This document shows, piece by piece, positions 42,700 through 58,868 of a stretch of DNA of 64,000 nt. Source of the stretch: Yuukianura sp. NJ FZ-2021 (lineage: Eukaryota); assembly GCA_046563655.1 (NCBI GenBank), contig CM102287.1, forward strand, positions 7,626,001 through 7,690,000, read 5' to 3'. Position numbers and translations under genes: made by a program. Each line of letters begins with the position of its first letter. Position 1 is the first letter of the stretch. Below the pieces are notes generated by a model, which had not been told where the DNA came from, did no database searches, and was given only the letters and a program-made list of their open reading frames with translations.

Positions 42700-45600
42700 T
42701 TAGGCCATGTAGATGAAGTGGTTTATATCAGTTTCATCCCTCTTCATGTACTTGTTCTCGATTAGCCATTCTATTTGTTCTTTGATCATTTTCTTCGACT
42801 GAAAACAGCAAAAGTTGAATTTTGTATTCTCGCACTCCATGTCAAAAATTGGCGAATATAAATCAATTAGAGTAAAATTTTGAAAATAACGCTTACCGGT
42901 TGAAACATGTTCTTCAGAATGTCCACTAATTCAACCTGGAGCTGTGCATTGGAGATACGTTTCCGCATTTTCAGTATTTTTATTATAGCTTCTTGAACTC
43001 GAATGACTCGCAGAAGAGCAATTCCTACAATAAGAATACACAAAATTCGTTTCATTTGAAACGTTTTGTGAAAAAACGCTGCAGTTTTTATACATTATGA
43101 ACATAAATCCTAAAACCGTAACAGAAATTACTGACCTTCGTTGTCTTCCTCTCTCGAACGTTCAGTCGACAACTGTAATCGTCCGATGAGGCTGATTTTA
43201 CCACGCTTCTGGGTTTTTCCGTTTTTTCTAAACATGCACAAACAAAGCTATTTCATTAGTTCAAAGTCCAGAAACAAATAATACACAACACTTACACTAC
43301 GCTAAATGCATCATTGACCCAGAAGCATGAATTTTCGGAAAAGTCTTTCGGAGTTTGTACTTCGGGAGAGTACAACAGAAGCTGCCGTTTTACTTTGGGA
43401 AATGCTACCAGAGACTAATCAGAAAAAAAGAGTCAATTTTAAAACCCTTGAACTTAAAAGCAATGACAACTTTTTCTTTTCAAAAAAGTAGTTTACCCAT
43501 AACGTCTTTCTCAATTCTGGATCAGGCAATTCAGAAGCTAACCGAAGATTCTCGTAGGTAATCTTGTCATGCGGCCTTTGGTTCCAGGCAAAGAGCACAG
43601 CCATTTGGAAAGTAGTTACGTCAAGGTCAAACTTACCAACACGGTTGGAAAAAGTTATCTAAAAGCAGAAGAATAGAAATTAACAACGAAAAAATATTTC
43701 AATTCCAATTCAAATCGTTTCAATCGTTCAACAATTGGAAGAAATGAAGTTACATACGGTGCCATTAGCCATATGATGATACCACTGGAGTTTTCTGCCA
43801 TTGTGCTTCCTTCGGTAGAATTCTTCGACTTCAGGAATATAATCTTCGAGTTCAAGTGGAAGTGAAACCGTAACACGTTCTGAACCACGTGCCCATGCGC
43901 CAGCATTAAGTATTTTTATGTTTATTGAATCTACAAGTTACAAAATCAAAATTAAGTTAACTTGGTTAAACATATTTTATGTCATTAGCTTGTTTATTGT
44001 TACCTGCAATTGGTCCTTTCGTAAGTCGATATTGCTCTTTGAAACTTTGATTGAGATCTTCGGATACCTTGACATCCTGGAACATTCTTCCAAGCTTATT
44101 CACATACTCCGCCGGCATCCCGACTTCCCTCAACCATTCTACCATGTTCTCTTCCTTCTCGGAATCTGCAGAAGCGTCCAGGATAAGACGCCTCGTGAGG
44201 TGGGCTTTGTGGTAACGCATGAAAACGTCTTTGTTCTGGACGTATTTGAGGACTAGAAGAACATCTTTGAGGCGTCCCTCAATTTCATCTGAAGTGAGAC
44301 GCTTACTAAGCGGAGTCTTGCGAAGGAGGAGGTCGCAGTAGTTGGCCAGCAGCTCAGGACAGCGTGACTCGGGAGCAGTTTTAATGGAAGGTCCGACCTT
44401 GGTCACTGGAATATCCAGGCGGAAGACTGAGACATCATTCACACAGAACTTGTAAGCTTTGTCTCTCGATGTAAGGAATCTCGGATCATCCACAAAGGCA
44501 CGAGACACAAGGGTTGAAAAACGATGGAAGAGCTCCAGTAGTCGCTCAACATATTTTTCTGAATCCTGAGTAATTACTTCGGCTACTTGTTTCATGTCTG
44601 CAAAATGAAACACAAAGTTAAGTTAGCTTTAGGTTGTCGTAATTTCTTAAAGTAACGCCGCTGAAATCTTCCCGCGACTTAGTCAATTGCTAACTAAGCT
44701 TACCGTCGAGTCCAGCCGAGATTATATGATCTTCGAGGTCTTTGAGCATTGACTGGATACCATGAGGAACACGATCCATCAGCCGGTACATCAATTCCAG
44801 CTTGTCCGTTTCGTTAGCTTTAATCATTCCAGGACATTCTGCTAGAATCGTATCCTTGAAGGCAGTTACAAGTACATCAACACAGCAATCCATTAGAGCT
44901 TGAATAGAACCACTGGACGGCTCCAAGTATTTCTTCGCTCTACTTTCCTCTTCCTTCAATTTGGCAAAAGCATACTTCATGTAGCACTGTACCCCATTGT
45001 CGCTCAGATAATTCGTGGCTTTCACGCGATAGAAACTTTCAGTAGATTCGATGTATGCTCGCTCGAAGTTCTCCCGATAAATCTTTAGCTTATCCTCTGG
45101 GTCAGAGCTGAGATTCACTGGAAATAGAAAACTGTGCTTCAAGTTATGAATTCAAAGCAGATCTGGTGTGAATTTTTACCATAAGATTCCCGAACTCCAA
45201 TGACTAGAAGAGAATCAAATGCTTCACCATTTCTTTCCGCTCGAACTAATTTCATTGCCGAGGACTGCAATCGTCCTTTAATATTACTGAAGATCTGATT
45301 ATTCCAACTGTCCAGCATCAGCTGTAAAAATCACAGAAAAAATTACCCCAACAATACAGATTTCAATTCGTAATGGGTGGATCAGATACCTTTCGAACAT
45401 CACTTTCATCGTTCTTGTGCTTCTTTGGGGCAGTCGTTTGTGTATTATTGTTGAGTGATATTTCCACAGTATTGAATGGTTTCGGAAGGTAAATACATTG
45501 TTCAAAGAACGTTCGCCATTCACTAATGTAAGCTTTGAGCAGTGCCTGGTCTTCAGAATGAGCAAGGACCCGCTGAAACAAGTACAATGAAACATTGTCG

Positions 45601-46059
45601 TAACGAAGAGGAATGTTGTGTAACTAATTGAATCCAGTCTAACCTGCGTCGCTTGTCCAATGAATTCTGCAATGTTGTCTTGCAGCGCTCGGTAAATTTT
45701 AGGTGGAGCCTTCTCATCCCTGCCAAATGATATCAAATGTACAGGAAATGGAAAATTAGTAAGATCTTTAAAAAATGTTCGTACCAGAGACAAACTTGAT
45801 GAACTGTGTAGAACAGATCTTGCCATTCTGAGCGATTTACTGGTTCTTGTCTTAGAAGTTTCACAATGGAAGGCTGCATCTTGGGCCATTGTTCTTCAAA
45901 TATGATATTGTTTGTCTAGAAAACATAGTTTAACAATAAAGAATCTGTCGGTTCGGGCTTCACGAATCGCTCAAGGCTTTAACGGAGCCATGATCATACG
46001 GAAAGCACAAACAAATGAGAAGGGTATAGAGTTTTTACCTTTGATGAAACACTCGTCAT
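42700..46059 (-). CDS. Cul5: Cullin-5
   Basis: PESRCPELLANYCDLLLRKTPLSKRLTS, KYVQNKDVFMRYHKAHLTRRLIL, HNGRKLQWYHHMANG, RVQEAIIKILKMRK and C-terminal FIYMA. Confidence 0.97.
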
Positions 46060-46861
46060 GGTCCGGGAATTGTCTTGTGCGAATGACCTATGACCTTAGT
46101 CCAGTTACCAGTTTACCGTATCTTATACCAAAAGTGAGTACGACGACGATGAACTACAGACATATGAGATTTGATTTTGAGAAGATAAAAGAGTCAGAGT
46201 GAGAGACTTTACTGTTTTTTTTTTCTTTTTGAGAAGGGGAAAGGGGAGAGTTTATTTTTCCTTTGCTAAAAATTTCAAGTTTTGGAGGATTCTTAAAACC
46301 GTGTGAAAAATTTCACTTCTTTGTCATTCTCATCATCTGATTCTCCAAACTATTCATCCTACCAACAAGATAAACAAAAGTCAAGGACATTACCCCTCTC
46401 ATAATCAATTATTGTGTACTGCTGATAGATAATTAATTGAGGATTTTCCACCTGATTAACACCACTTAACCCTCAACATTTACTTGAATGGTTTCATGAC
46501 CCTACGACGCGCACACGAGTGTGCTAAATAGTGTAGAAGATATTCGAATGGCATGACCTGGGTGATTCTTATTTTTTAAATTGCATACAGCATCAACAGA
46601 GGAAAATGAATGAAATTAAGTTAGATTAATCAAGGAATTAACGAACTAGAATTAGATTTCCAGTAATTAATTCAATCTATTGATTGGTTGCGTGACAATA
46701 GTCGCGTTGTGTTTTGAAAAGTTAAGAGTCGTCTGACACAAAGCGCTTATCTTGCAACAACAAAGCACGAACGACACGTACTAAACATCAGCTGATGTTT
46801 ACAGAAATTTTCTTAAGTTTTTGATTAAAAGTTAATTTGTTGTTCAGGTTTTGTGGTGACG

Positions 46862-49223
46862 ATGCGTTTACGCTTTAAACATTCGGATATTGGAACGTTT
46901 TTTCAGGCAAAACCAATTTTGCAAAATCCGTACACCGGCGATGCTTTCTTACGTCGTTTTCTGAAGCGACTTCTTCCACCGGATGTAAGCTGGGCTAATT
47001 GCTTAAAAATTGTTAAAAATGTATGTTTGAAATATGTGTTGAAGAAGTATTATTCAGAAAATCAATTTAAATTCCAGATTTTCCAACATGTGGAATCAGA
47101 TTTCACAAGATTTGGCACCAGAATTTGCACGGAATTGGATACTTTGGGTGACGCATGCGAATTAAATCCACCGTACTTGCGTCAGTTTGACCCATGGGGA
47201 AACAGAATCGATGAAGTCGGTACGTTCATCATTTTTTGATTTTCTGGAATACATTTTGAATATGAATGGCTCATTTTGATGATTTGATTTTGAATTGGTA
47301 GTGACCTGTGATGCTTGGAAGAAAATGAAGGGAGTATCGGCCGAAGAAGGACTGGTGTCCATACCATACGAAGGGAAGTTTGATCGATGGGCACGCGTTG
47401 TACAATTTGCTAAACTGTACCTGTATCATCCGTCTTCGGGATTATATTCCTGTCCTTTGGCTATGACCGATGGTGCATCAAAGACTATCAAAGTACTGAC
47501 GATTACTGAATTTAGCAATTTAGTTGTTAGATTTTTTACTTGATTTTTGATGATTTTGATTGTTTGCAATTGCTATTTCATTTTAGGAACTGAAGCTCGC
47601 CAATTTGCAAGATGCCTTTAGATCCCTTACGTCACGTTCTCCGGAACGATTTTGGACTTCGGGCCAATGGATGACGGAGGTATCGAAACTAATTAGTGTA
47701 CCTTTGCTTTTAGTCTTTTAGTATTTAGTAAGAGAGTCGAATGCAAACTACAAAGTATTAGCATTTTGCATGAGAAATTCTCGTTTTCTTATTCAGCGGC
47801 GTGGAGGCTCCGACGTTGGCAATGGAACAGAAACCGTCGCAATTCCTATTCCTGATTCCCCTGGAAAATTTGCTTTACATGGATACAAGTGGTTCTCGTC
47901 TGCCACTGACTCTGACATGTCATTTACCTTGGCACGTATTGCAAAAAATGAAGAGGCCGAAACGACTGAGGTACTTGAAATGAACTATGAAAATACTTGC
48001 TAACTTTTTGGATGCAACTTCTTTGCTTTTCATGTTCTAGGGTTCCACTGGACTGTCAATGTTTTTTATCAAAACTCGACGCGACGACGGAACTTTGAAC
48101 AACATCCATGTGATGAAGCTCAAGAACAAACTTGGAACTAGACAACTGCCTACAGGGGAACTGCTTCTGGATGGCACCGAGGCCGAATTGGCCTCAGCTC
48201 CTGGACGAGGCGTTGCCTCAATCTCGAACATGCTTACGATTACAAGGATTCACAACGCTTCAGCATCAGTCTCAAGCATGCGCAGAATAGTTGCTCTTAG
48301 TCGAGACTACAGCCGACGTCGGGAGTGCTTTGGACGTAAAATTGGGGATTTCCCGATTCATGTAGATACTTTGGCCGAACTTGAACTGGAAACCCGAGCT
48401 GGAACGGCTTTATTACTGGAAGTGGCCAGATTGCTAGGGGCAGTTGAGCACGGTGGTTCTGAAGAAGATGAAAATCTACTGCGTCTGCTTACACCAATTG
48501 TCAAGTTGTATACTGGCAAGCGATGTGTTGGAGTCGTTTCGGAAGGAATTGAATCTTTTGGAGGTCAAGGGTATATCGAAGATACTGGACTCCCAAGACT
48601 TTTACGTGATGCTCAAGTAAGTCAACCTTGAAATTAAAAAATTGCACTTAATTTCAATTTAACGTTGTAATCTGATTTACTTTTATTCACAGGTTACGCC
48701 TATCTGGGAAGGCACGACGAATATCTTATCGATGGATGTGCTGAGAGCTTTAGTGAAGTCAAAAGGTCAAGTGCTGACTGCCTTTCAGCGAAACACGCAG
48801 CAGCGTCTTCGGAGCGTAGCAGTGAAAGCGTCTAAATTTCAGCCACAAGTCGACAAGTTGATGGCCTTGCTAGCCGAAGTTCTGGGTGCCACACAAAATC
48901 CTGCCGTAATACACCTTTCAATTAATTAAATACAAAGCCTACCCTTGGTTAATCAACACCTCAAGTTCAATTCTAGCATGTGCTTGTAGGTCTTGGAACG
49001 TGGTGCAAGAGAATTTAGCATCGCAATTGCGCAAGTCAGTATCGGCACTTTGTTATTGGAGCAAGCAACATCTGAAGCAGCGACGCGGTCCGATTGCACA
49101 GCAGCGATTCGCTGGATACAGAAACTGGAATCGCTTAAACTGCGCTTGGAATTGCTAAGTGTCGCTGGAGGAAGTGCCGAAGAGTCGTCGGAATTAGTGT
49201 ACGATGGATTTCACTTGGACTGA
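46862..49223 (+). CDS. Acyl-CoA dehydrogenase, ACDH-11/AidB-like subfamily
   Basis: [75 protein letters not shown]. The 5' end is uncertain. Confidence 0.9.
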
Positions 49224-49534
49224 TTTACGAAAGTCATATTCTGGATTCAAGGTGTGATTTGTTATTATTGCATCCAAGTGCCTGTTAATTGATATGGATT
49301 AAGGTAATAAATGAAATGACGGTGACATTGATTTTTTGCAATGTCAGAAGCACTAATGCGGTGAGTCCACTTTTTAGCAGATTTTTGTTTCATAATCTTA
49401 ATCCGATTTGAGTTGACCTTGGTATTCCAATGAGGCCTTCTCAATTTTTCCACTGTCGGGTGAGTATAAAATGGTCCAGAAAATTACAGATTTAAGTCCT
49501 AATTCTCAGTTGACGAAAACTTGAATCTTTCAGA

Positions 49535-51070
<1,536 letters not shown>

Positions 51071-51225
51071 AACCAATAAATCCGAATTTTGAAAAGTTTG
51101 AATTTGGCACTTTTATTACAGGAAGTTAAGTTAAGCAGTGCTTGACATGACATAAAATGGTGTGACTTAGGCATGTAGAAGACTAGAAAGGAAGCGACAA
51201 GGAAGTTGCAGAAACCATTGAGTCA

Positions 51226-53082
51226 CTAGTTTTTCCCAGATGATGTGGCAGAATTCTTTAGTGGTGAATTGCCTCTTTCGTTTAGGAAAGCAGTGCCGAG
51301 AGGGCGTCGTTTCTAAAGGATTGAAATAACAATTAGTAATTGGCATTTAATTGTTAAAATGGAATTAATTTACTAAAAACTTATTAGAGTAAATGGTAAC
51401 CTGTAGAGTAATACTGTTTTTGGTGGATGGATCAAGGGTAGACAGAAAATGCGGAAGCGATTTTGCAGTCCTGGTACTGTTTTGAAGCTCAATCTCAATC
51501 AAAGTCTTGCGGTCATACTTCAGCTTAGACTTTTCTGAAATCAAAAATTAATATTAAAATCTAAAAAAAAAAATATGTAATGCTTTAGGAATTTCGGAAA
51601 TGTCACCACAATTTTGTAGTCCTCTGGTTGAACCGTGTTCTTGATTGATAGTGACTTCCGAAGTTAGCGGAAGTTCGACGTTAGAGCTGGACGGAGAAGA
51701 ATCGTAGAACAAATGTGGATATTTTTGGAGAAAATGTTCATCCAATGCTAATTTCGCCTCCTAAAAAACAAGGAAACATATTCAAGGTCATCTAAGCTGC
51801 TAAAATGTCAATATCAAATTGGTAGTTGGCAATAAATTGCGATTAGCTCACCTGAACAAATGGCAAGTGAGTCCCCGATATCCGAATGACATTTTCTCCT
51901 ACACGAATGGAGTAGCTAAATTCCGGAGGTTCAGTTCCTGTAGGTGAGACTGAAGTAGGAAACTCTCCTAGGTCATCCTCTGGTTCTGAATCCAATTCTG
52001 GAGATGCATTTCGTCTAATGGTATCCTCAATTAAATCCTTTGCGCGTCTGTTTCAAATCAAACAGGTTAGACTTCGCTTGATTAATTCACAAAATTGTTG
52101 ACTTAGATTTAGTAAGTGTCACTTGCCCCACTGAATCTGTAGATGGACCTACAATCGTCAGTACTCTCTTGTTCAGGTTCGGCTGGAAACAAAAACGAAA
52201 AGTAGTTTCTGAAAATCAATAAGACTGAAAATTTTTGTATAAAGTTGCACAATGAGTTACCTTCTTGAAGGAAATGATCGTATCGGATAAAGTTTCTATA
52301 AGGTGAACTCTCCTCCCTTGGACTCCCATAACTGAAAAAGTAGCAATTTACGTTCAAATAAGGTATTTACATACTTTTACGTACTTTTAGTAGCTGCGAA
52401 TGTGTACATTTTCGTCACCTTTTCCAGAATCGGAGTTCCTTATAGTGATTTCTTGAATGAAACTTCTGCCAGAGTCTGATGCTAAATTTTCGCTGCTTTT
52501 AGAAGGAGACACTGGAGGATTGTCCAGTAGAATTTCATTTCCTTGGAACTGGCTTCTTTGCGAATAGTAATTGCTGGTGTCTTGTGGCAGGCACCAATGT
52601 GAAGCTCTCAATTCCACGAGCTGGAAAATTGCCAGTCGAAGCGATGGTGGAAGCGAAGGTTTCGTGGAAGCATCTCGCATTGACGACATAACTCGGTCCA
52701 GTACATCTAAAACGACAAAAACATCATGGTCAAATCCACAAAAACTAAAAATGCAAAAAGTTACCAGGATATCCCGCTTCTAGTTCTGGACCAAGACGAG
52801 TCAAATCTTGATACATGATCCGAATCTCAAAATGAATTTCTTCTGGTCGTGTTGAATTACGTCCTGTTGCATGTAGCAAGCGTGCCAATGTCTCCAGTCG
52901 TCCAACAACAGCTTCTATTTAAGATTATACAATTCAATTTAGACCTTATGACTTAATGAATTTCATCTTCAGATTAATCGTTTAAACTGTGACTCACCCA
53001 GTGGAGGCGGAGGAACAATTCGAGCCGAATGTGGGAGCGGTGGTCCACGACCTCCACGGTACCCGTCGTCAGCTCGTCGCAT
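51226..53082 (-). CDS. mxt: eIF4E-binding protein Mextli (MIF4G-like, KH domain, 4E-binding motif)
   Basis: LRLAIFQLVELRASHW; KH region EITIRNSDSGKVMGVQGRRVHLIETLSDTIISF...AKDLIEDTIRRNASP; C-terminal YDRKTLI (YxxxxL-phi). Confidence 0.85.
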
Positions 53083-53633
53083 TGTCGTCCGGTCGTATTC
53101 GTCGTTTTGGAGTAAAAAGTTGGTGAACACATGAAAAATCAATGTTCATAAAAAAGCTAAATCGAAAATAAAACGTTTCATTTTGAAATCCAACTTTCAA
53201 AATGTTCAAAAAAGCGTAAAAAATATTTGGCGAAAGCAAAAATTTGGAGAAGTGAAATGAACTCAAGTTTACTTGTTTAAATTCCCGCTGTCAAATCCAT
53301 TCAAACTCCTCATTTGAATGGAATTTCTCTCACGAGTGCAAAGTAACGGGACTTAAAACGGTACATATGCACTGGAGAAGGAGAATGCTGTGTTAAGAAA
53401 TAAACAGAACGTTAAAAATCACAGTCGTTGACGTAATCGGGTGAAGTTAAGTTGCTCTCCGAATTCGGAAATTCAGTGACGTCAGATTAGATTTCTCGCT
53501 CGTAAACGTTTAAGAGCTGGATTCGTAGTTTATTCTGTCCGACACCAGAAACAAAATTGTGCAAAAACGTCGAATGTGAATTTTTTAGCGGTGAGTCCAA
53601 ATATCTAAAGCCTTGGCCTTAATTCCAGTTTAA

Positions 53634-55286
53634 TCATTCGTGTTCCACTGAAGCCGGTGACACCGCTGGTTCCGTTGATGCCGGCACTTGAGGAGCTTTG
53701 GATTTTCCCTTTTCTCCTTGACCTTTGACTTTCTTTTTCTTTTCTGGAGCTGTAAACAACATTGATTTCTTTCACTTTTGTGTTGACTTTAGCACAAATC
53801 GCAACTTGAAGGAATAGGAAAATCAGGTTTAGTCTAGCCGAGGGATAATCGTCACAAAACGTAAGAGCGGGATATTTTATAATATTTATCGCCTATAAAT
53901 TATCGACAAAATTACCTTTGGGTACCGGGTAAGCGTCACTTGCTAACGCCGACAATTCAATGTTGCTACTCCACTCTTGTTGAATTGGAGCAAGTAAGCG
54001 ATTAATGTAATCTCCAACTGCTGCTTTCAAATCCCCGGGGTGTACTTCCTAAAAAATGGAGCGAATTTAGTATGAATAGTATGAATGCAGACACGACGAA
54101 TTACAAACGTTTCAAGTTACCTCCTTCTGAAAGGCAGATTCGAGGTCGGAGTAAGCTATAAATTCTTGAGTTCCGCCAAATTGTGGTTTCCTTTCTACTT
54201 TAAATGGTTCACCCTCCGCGAGCAACGGAAAGATGACGTGTTTTGCAAAAGAGAGAACTCCGTTGTCAGTGATGTTTCCAGGCTCACAGAACGCCTTTTT
54301 CAATTTCTTCTTCACATCGGCAGGACTGTCTAACAGATCAATCTTGGAGTCAACTTCGGAGGAAGACATCTTCCCACCAGCAAGTCCAGGAACTGAATAG
54401 AAGAACAAAAAAAAAGATATGGAAAAGGACAATACACATGCGAATGAAAAAAAAACGATATTGGCTAAAGAAAACCTTACCCATGGGGTTCATAAGATGA
54501 ATCCTCTTGGCGTAACCAAGTTGTGGTAAATACTTTTCAGCCAATGTAAAAATCTTCCTTTGATCCACTCCACCAAATTGTGCATCACATTTAAGATACT
54601 CTTCGTCCAGAGCTTGCAATCCAGGGTAAAGCAGTCCCGAAAGGAGTGGATGTTCCACTTGTTTCACAACTTCAGCACCAGCTTTCTTCGCATCGTGTTC
54701 AGTAATTACTGAAGATAACCGGTAAACATCCATTGTGTACTCCCTAGAAAATACAATCCGAATAAAAATCCATCCGCCTAAACGAATAACGAATCAATCG
54801 GCCATACTTTGAAAACTGGTAGTCAGAACCACGCACGAACTTTAGTTTTTCCAAAGGCACTCCAATCGATTTCAGCATGGACTTGATGATTTCTTCATAA
54901 TATTTTGTTCTAAGTACTAGAAGATCCCAAGGTGCTTTCATGTTGTCCAAGTAAGCATGTAAATCCGCTATCAGTATTGTGACATGACAGCCGGCTTTCA
55001 GAAAGTCAGCAATCTTGGACATTGGAACGAAATAAGCAATGTGAGGCTTCCCAGTTGTCGCTGATCCCCAGTAAACCTGAAGCAAAATAACAAAAACATA
55101 TTGATGTTGGTGTTCTTTTCGCTGTCTGTTAAAGCGATATTTTACAATGTAAAATTACCATACCACGAGATCTCTTTCTTTTAGTATTGCATCCAGTTTA
55201 TCTTCTCCAAGTACTTCTTGAAGGTTTCTAACAATTAGCGTCTTCTTCCGCTGAATATCCTGTTCATCTTGGACTTGTCCGTTCAT
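53634..55286 (-). CDS. YARS: Tyrosyl-tRNA synthetase, cytoplasmic, with no EMAP-II C-domain
   Basis: [56 protein letters not shown] and VHPGDLK, followed by a short Lys-rich last exon and TGA. Confidence 0.96.
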
Positions 55287-57115
55287 TTTATCTTCAATTA
55301 GCACCGAGCCGAGCGAACTACTTCCGGAATTCCACAAAAATGAAACACTTTTCTTCGTAGTTTCTGCAACTCTACAATCTGGCGTGCCGCGTGCGATACG
55401 ATAAGTGTTGACAAGTTCAGGTGAAATCGAAATAAAACTGATTGTGATTGTGTATGGTGTAGTGTGTAGTACCGTTTGAAACGAATAGCAAAAGAGAGAG
55501 ATGCAGATGTGAATGTGATACAAAAATCTCCAAATGTGTCAAAATAAAATTGCAATGTGCGAATTGTACTAAAAGTTACTGCACAACACAAATTTAGTTT
55601 CCGTGCTGGGCAGATGCAGTTCGTATGGAATGTAAATAAGTACATATTTATGAAAAATTTTAATACTATTACCAATCATTTTTTAATTACAATTATGCAA
55701 TTATATTACAATTTAAAAATAGTAAACTTAAGCTGAAGTTTCCTTAACTTAAGTTTTGATGAAGTTTCGTTGGAGAATGTATTGAATATCATTATCAATC
55801 TTCAAATTTCAGACCCCAAAAATTCGCGGGAATTTCATATGTGGTGATTACTAAAAATGTTATTTTTTGAATTTACCTCGAGGTATGAGTTCTTTATTGT
55901 TTTTTGCACATGTGAACTTTTTTACGTCTCTTTCGTTGGAACTTTTATGATGACTATGACTTCAATCAGAATCAGCTCGCAAGACTAAAAATTTTGAGGA
56001 TTTTGCACGTTGTCAGGCGCTCTTCGTCTTCACATCACACCACAGTTTTTGCTGGAAGATCGAAGGTCAAAGGTCAGTTCTATCGAACATGTTAATCAGC
56101 TGTTTTGTGAGTGTTGCTGAATGTTGCGAATCCCTCTTATCAATTATCAACATTTAACCTTGTACCACACGATGATCAAGGCTTTACACACCTTGATAAC
56201 ATGAGCTACCAAAAGGCCGCACGAGGCAATTATTAGTTGATTTTGTAGGAAACAAGTGACGAAGCAAATCAATTTCTTTGCTTCAATAAGGACAGAGGAA
56301 GGTAAAGTTTTTAATATTTGAAGTGGCATTTATCTCGCAATTTCTAAAATCTTGTTCAGTTCGTACTTTCAATTTGGTTAGCGTTATTTCCGCTTTTCCG
56401 TAGGTTTGTAAGGTCTTCGTGACCTACGACCTACCTTATTATAAATTTTCGCTCTTACAAATCCCTGCTAAAGGTCTAAAAGCATACAGTTCTCAGAACA
56501 CTTTTAGAAAAATTGATTTCTTTTTTTTTTCATAATTTGTGGAGCTGAGTGTCACAGCAAAAAGATACACAAAAAAGTAGTGTTAGATTGCCGTTGTCTA
56601 AAAACAACTTTGTAAGAACTTTTGTAAGTTAAGATTTGTCTGAGTTGTGATAAGTTTAGTAGTGTTCTTAGAAGTTATAAATTCCGGTGGTATTGTTTAC
56701 ACATTACAGTTGAAAACCAGTTCCCATTTCCAAATTTTATTTTCTCATAATCAGAGCCGTACTGTATGACACGTCGAATTGAGTGAATTAATTACATCTT
56801 TGAACTAAGTAAGTTATCTTACATGACCTGGCGCGTGTGATAAGTGCAAAGATTGCGTAATTGATGTTGACATAAAAATGAATCCAGCCACTAAAACGCC
56901 AACGCGTATTTAACACGTCACTTTGTTTGTCAGTTTTTTAAAGTTCATGTTACTTTTTACACTTTTTGTGGAAGTAATGGTTACTTTATAATTTGTTTGT
57001 GTTTTTTTCGCAGATTTCTCAATCCCGAACTTGTCTGTTGAAGACGACTAGGGATTTCCTGTTCTGAAAACGTCCTTGTGATGCGAATTTCATCATCACA
57101 AAGAATAGAAACAAA

Positions 57116-58868
57116 ATGTACACCAGCGGAGCCAACTACGAAAGCTCCAAAACATGGGCCCAACGAATTAAGGAACTTGTAATTTGTCACCTTTGCCTCG
57201 CTGTCACTTTTGTTACGACTGGTATTGTTGTGGATCTCGTCCAAGCACTTCTCTACATCACCGTCCGAAATGTCTCTCCAACGTTGTACAGAAAAATTAA
57301 CTACTATCTCACCTACACCTTGAACTCACGTAAGCTCCTTCATTTTGTTTTATTTTGACGGGCTTATTTTCATTGGTGTTTTTTTTTAGAAATCGTATTT
57401 TTGGCAGAATGGTGGTCTGGTAAGGAATTTCATTTTTTACGAAGCGAATTTCTTTTCAGTAATCCATCTATAATCGGTTGTCTTAATTTTCTGTAGGGTC
57501 TCGGACTATTGTTTACGGTGATCCGAAGATCGTCAAAGACTATTTTGGAAAAGAACACGCGGAACTCCTCCTGAATCACTGTTATGAACTGGACTGGCTC
57601 TTAGGATGGCTGGTTTGTGATCGAGTCCAAGTGCTAGGGGTAAATAGCTTAAAAAATTCTGTGGTTGCTTAAACTTTGCTTAACTGTGGGGTTAATTCAA
57701 AACAGAATGCAAAAGTTTACGCGAAGAAAGTCCTACAGTGGGCTCCAATTCTCGGCTGGTCGTGGAAGCTGCAAGAGATGATTTTCCTGGAACGGAATTG
57801 GGAGAAAGACAAGCGAAGTCTCGGGAAGCAACTTGGTCGGCTTGTGGAATATCCCAGTCCATTTTTCGTAAGCATTATTACCAAGAGATACTTGACATTT
57901 TTTGAAAACTAATTTTGAATTTTGAAACTTTAATTTTTCTTTCCCCAACAGCTAGTGATGTTTCCCGAAGGAACAAGATTTACGAAAGCGAAACATGAAG
58001 CGTCGATGGCCGTGGCTCGTGAAAAAGGACTTCCGGAACTCAAGCATCATCTGCTCCCAAGAACTCGCGGATTTGTCAGTGGCTTACCACATCTCAGAGG
58101 GAAAGTTCCCGCCATTTACGATGTCACCGTTGCCTTTCCAAAGTAAGTGCTGAAAGTGTCAATCGCTGCTTCAGAAACCTTAATTACGGTAGTATTCATT
58201 TGTAATACATGTTCTCTGTTTAGAAACTGTTATCCGGAACCTACTGTTTTCAACTTACTGAACGGAATCCCGTTCACTGCATATTTGCTCATGCGCAGAA
58301 TTCCTTTGGAAACTGTGCCCGAGGACCCAGAAGAAGCAGCTCTCTGGCTCCACAAACTTTACCAACACAAGGTATTTTTCGGACATGATTTAAATATTTT
58401 TCAGTTTTAACTTTGTTTCATATTTTTTCACTACTTTAGGATAAGTGCTTGGATAACTTTTTGGAAACTGGGAAGTTTAATCCAAATAACGACATGGAAG
58501 AATACAAGAACTTCGAATACATTGAACTGCCCCGGAGATACTACTCGCTCATCAACATTTGCTGTTGGGCGCTAGTGATTCTCCTGCCACTTGTCTACTA
58601 CTTTACGAAACTCCTCACTTCCGGTTCAATCATCAGCGTCCTTATTGCCTTTGCGATTTTGGGAGGAGGTATGCTGTTCAGCATTTTTTTATGCTAATAT
58701 GGAGTTGTGACTTAGCGTTATTGCTAATTCCTGATTTTTTCAACAGCTTACTTGGGAATGTACAAGTTAATTAACCTAACCAAGATTAGTCGTTCTGCCT
58801 CGTCTTACGGTGGAGCAGGTGGTACCGCTCGAAAACTTGCGTCAGAAGAAGCCAAGAAAGAAACTTGA
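57116..58868 (+). CDS. 1-acylglycerol-3-phosphate acyltransferase gamma/delta (AGPAT3/4-like)
   Basis: NHCYELDW, FLERNWEKD, FPEGTRF, HHLLPRTRGF, AIYDVT and C-terminal KKET (KKxx ER retrieval signal). Confidence 0.92.

Noticed and set aside
46862..49223. AidB-like dehydrogenase as a bacterial horizontal transfer
   Set aside because: It has many spliceosomal introns, and the subfamily is already known in animals (nematode ACDH-11).
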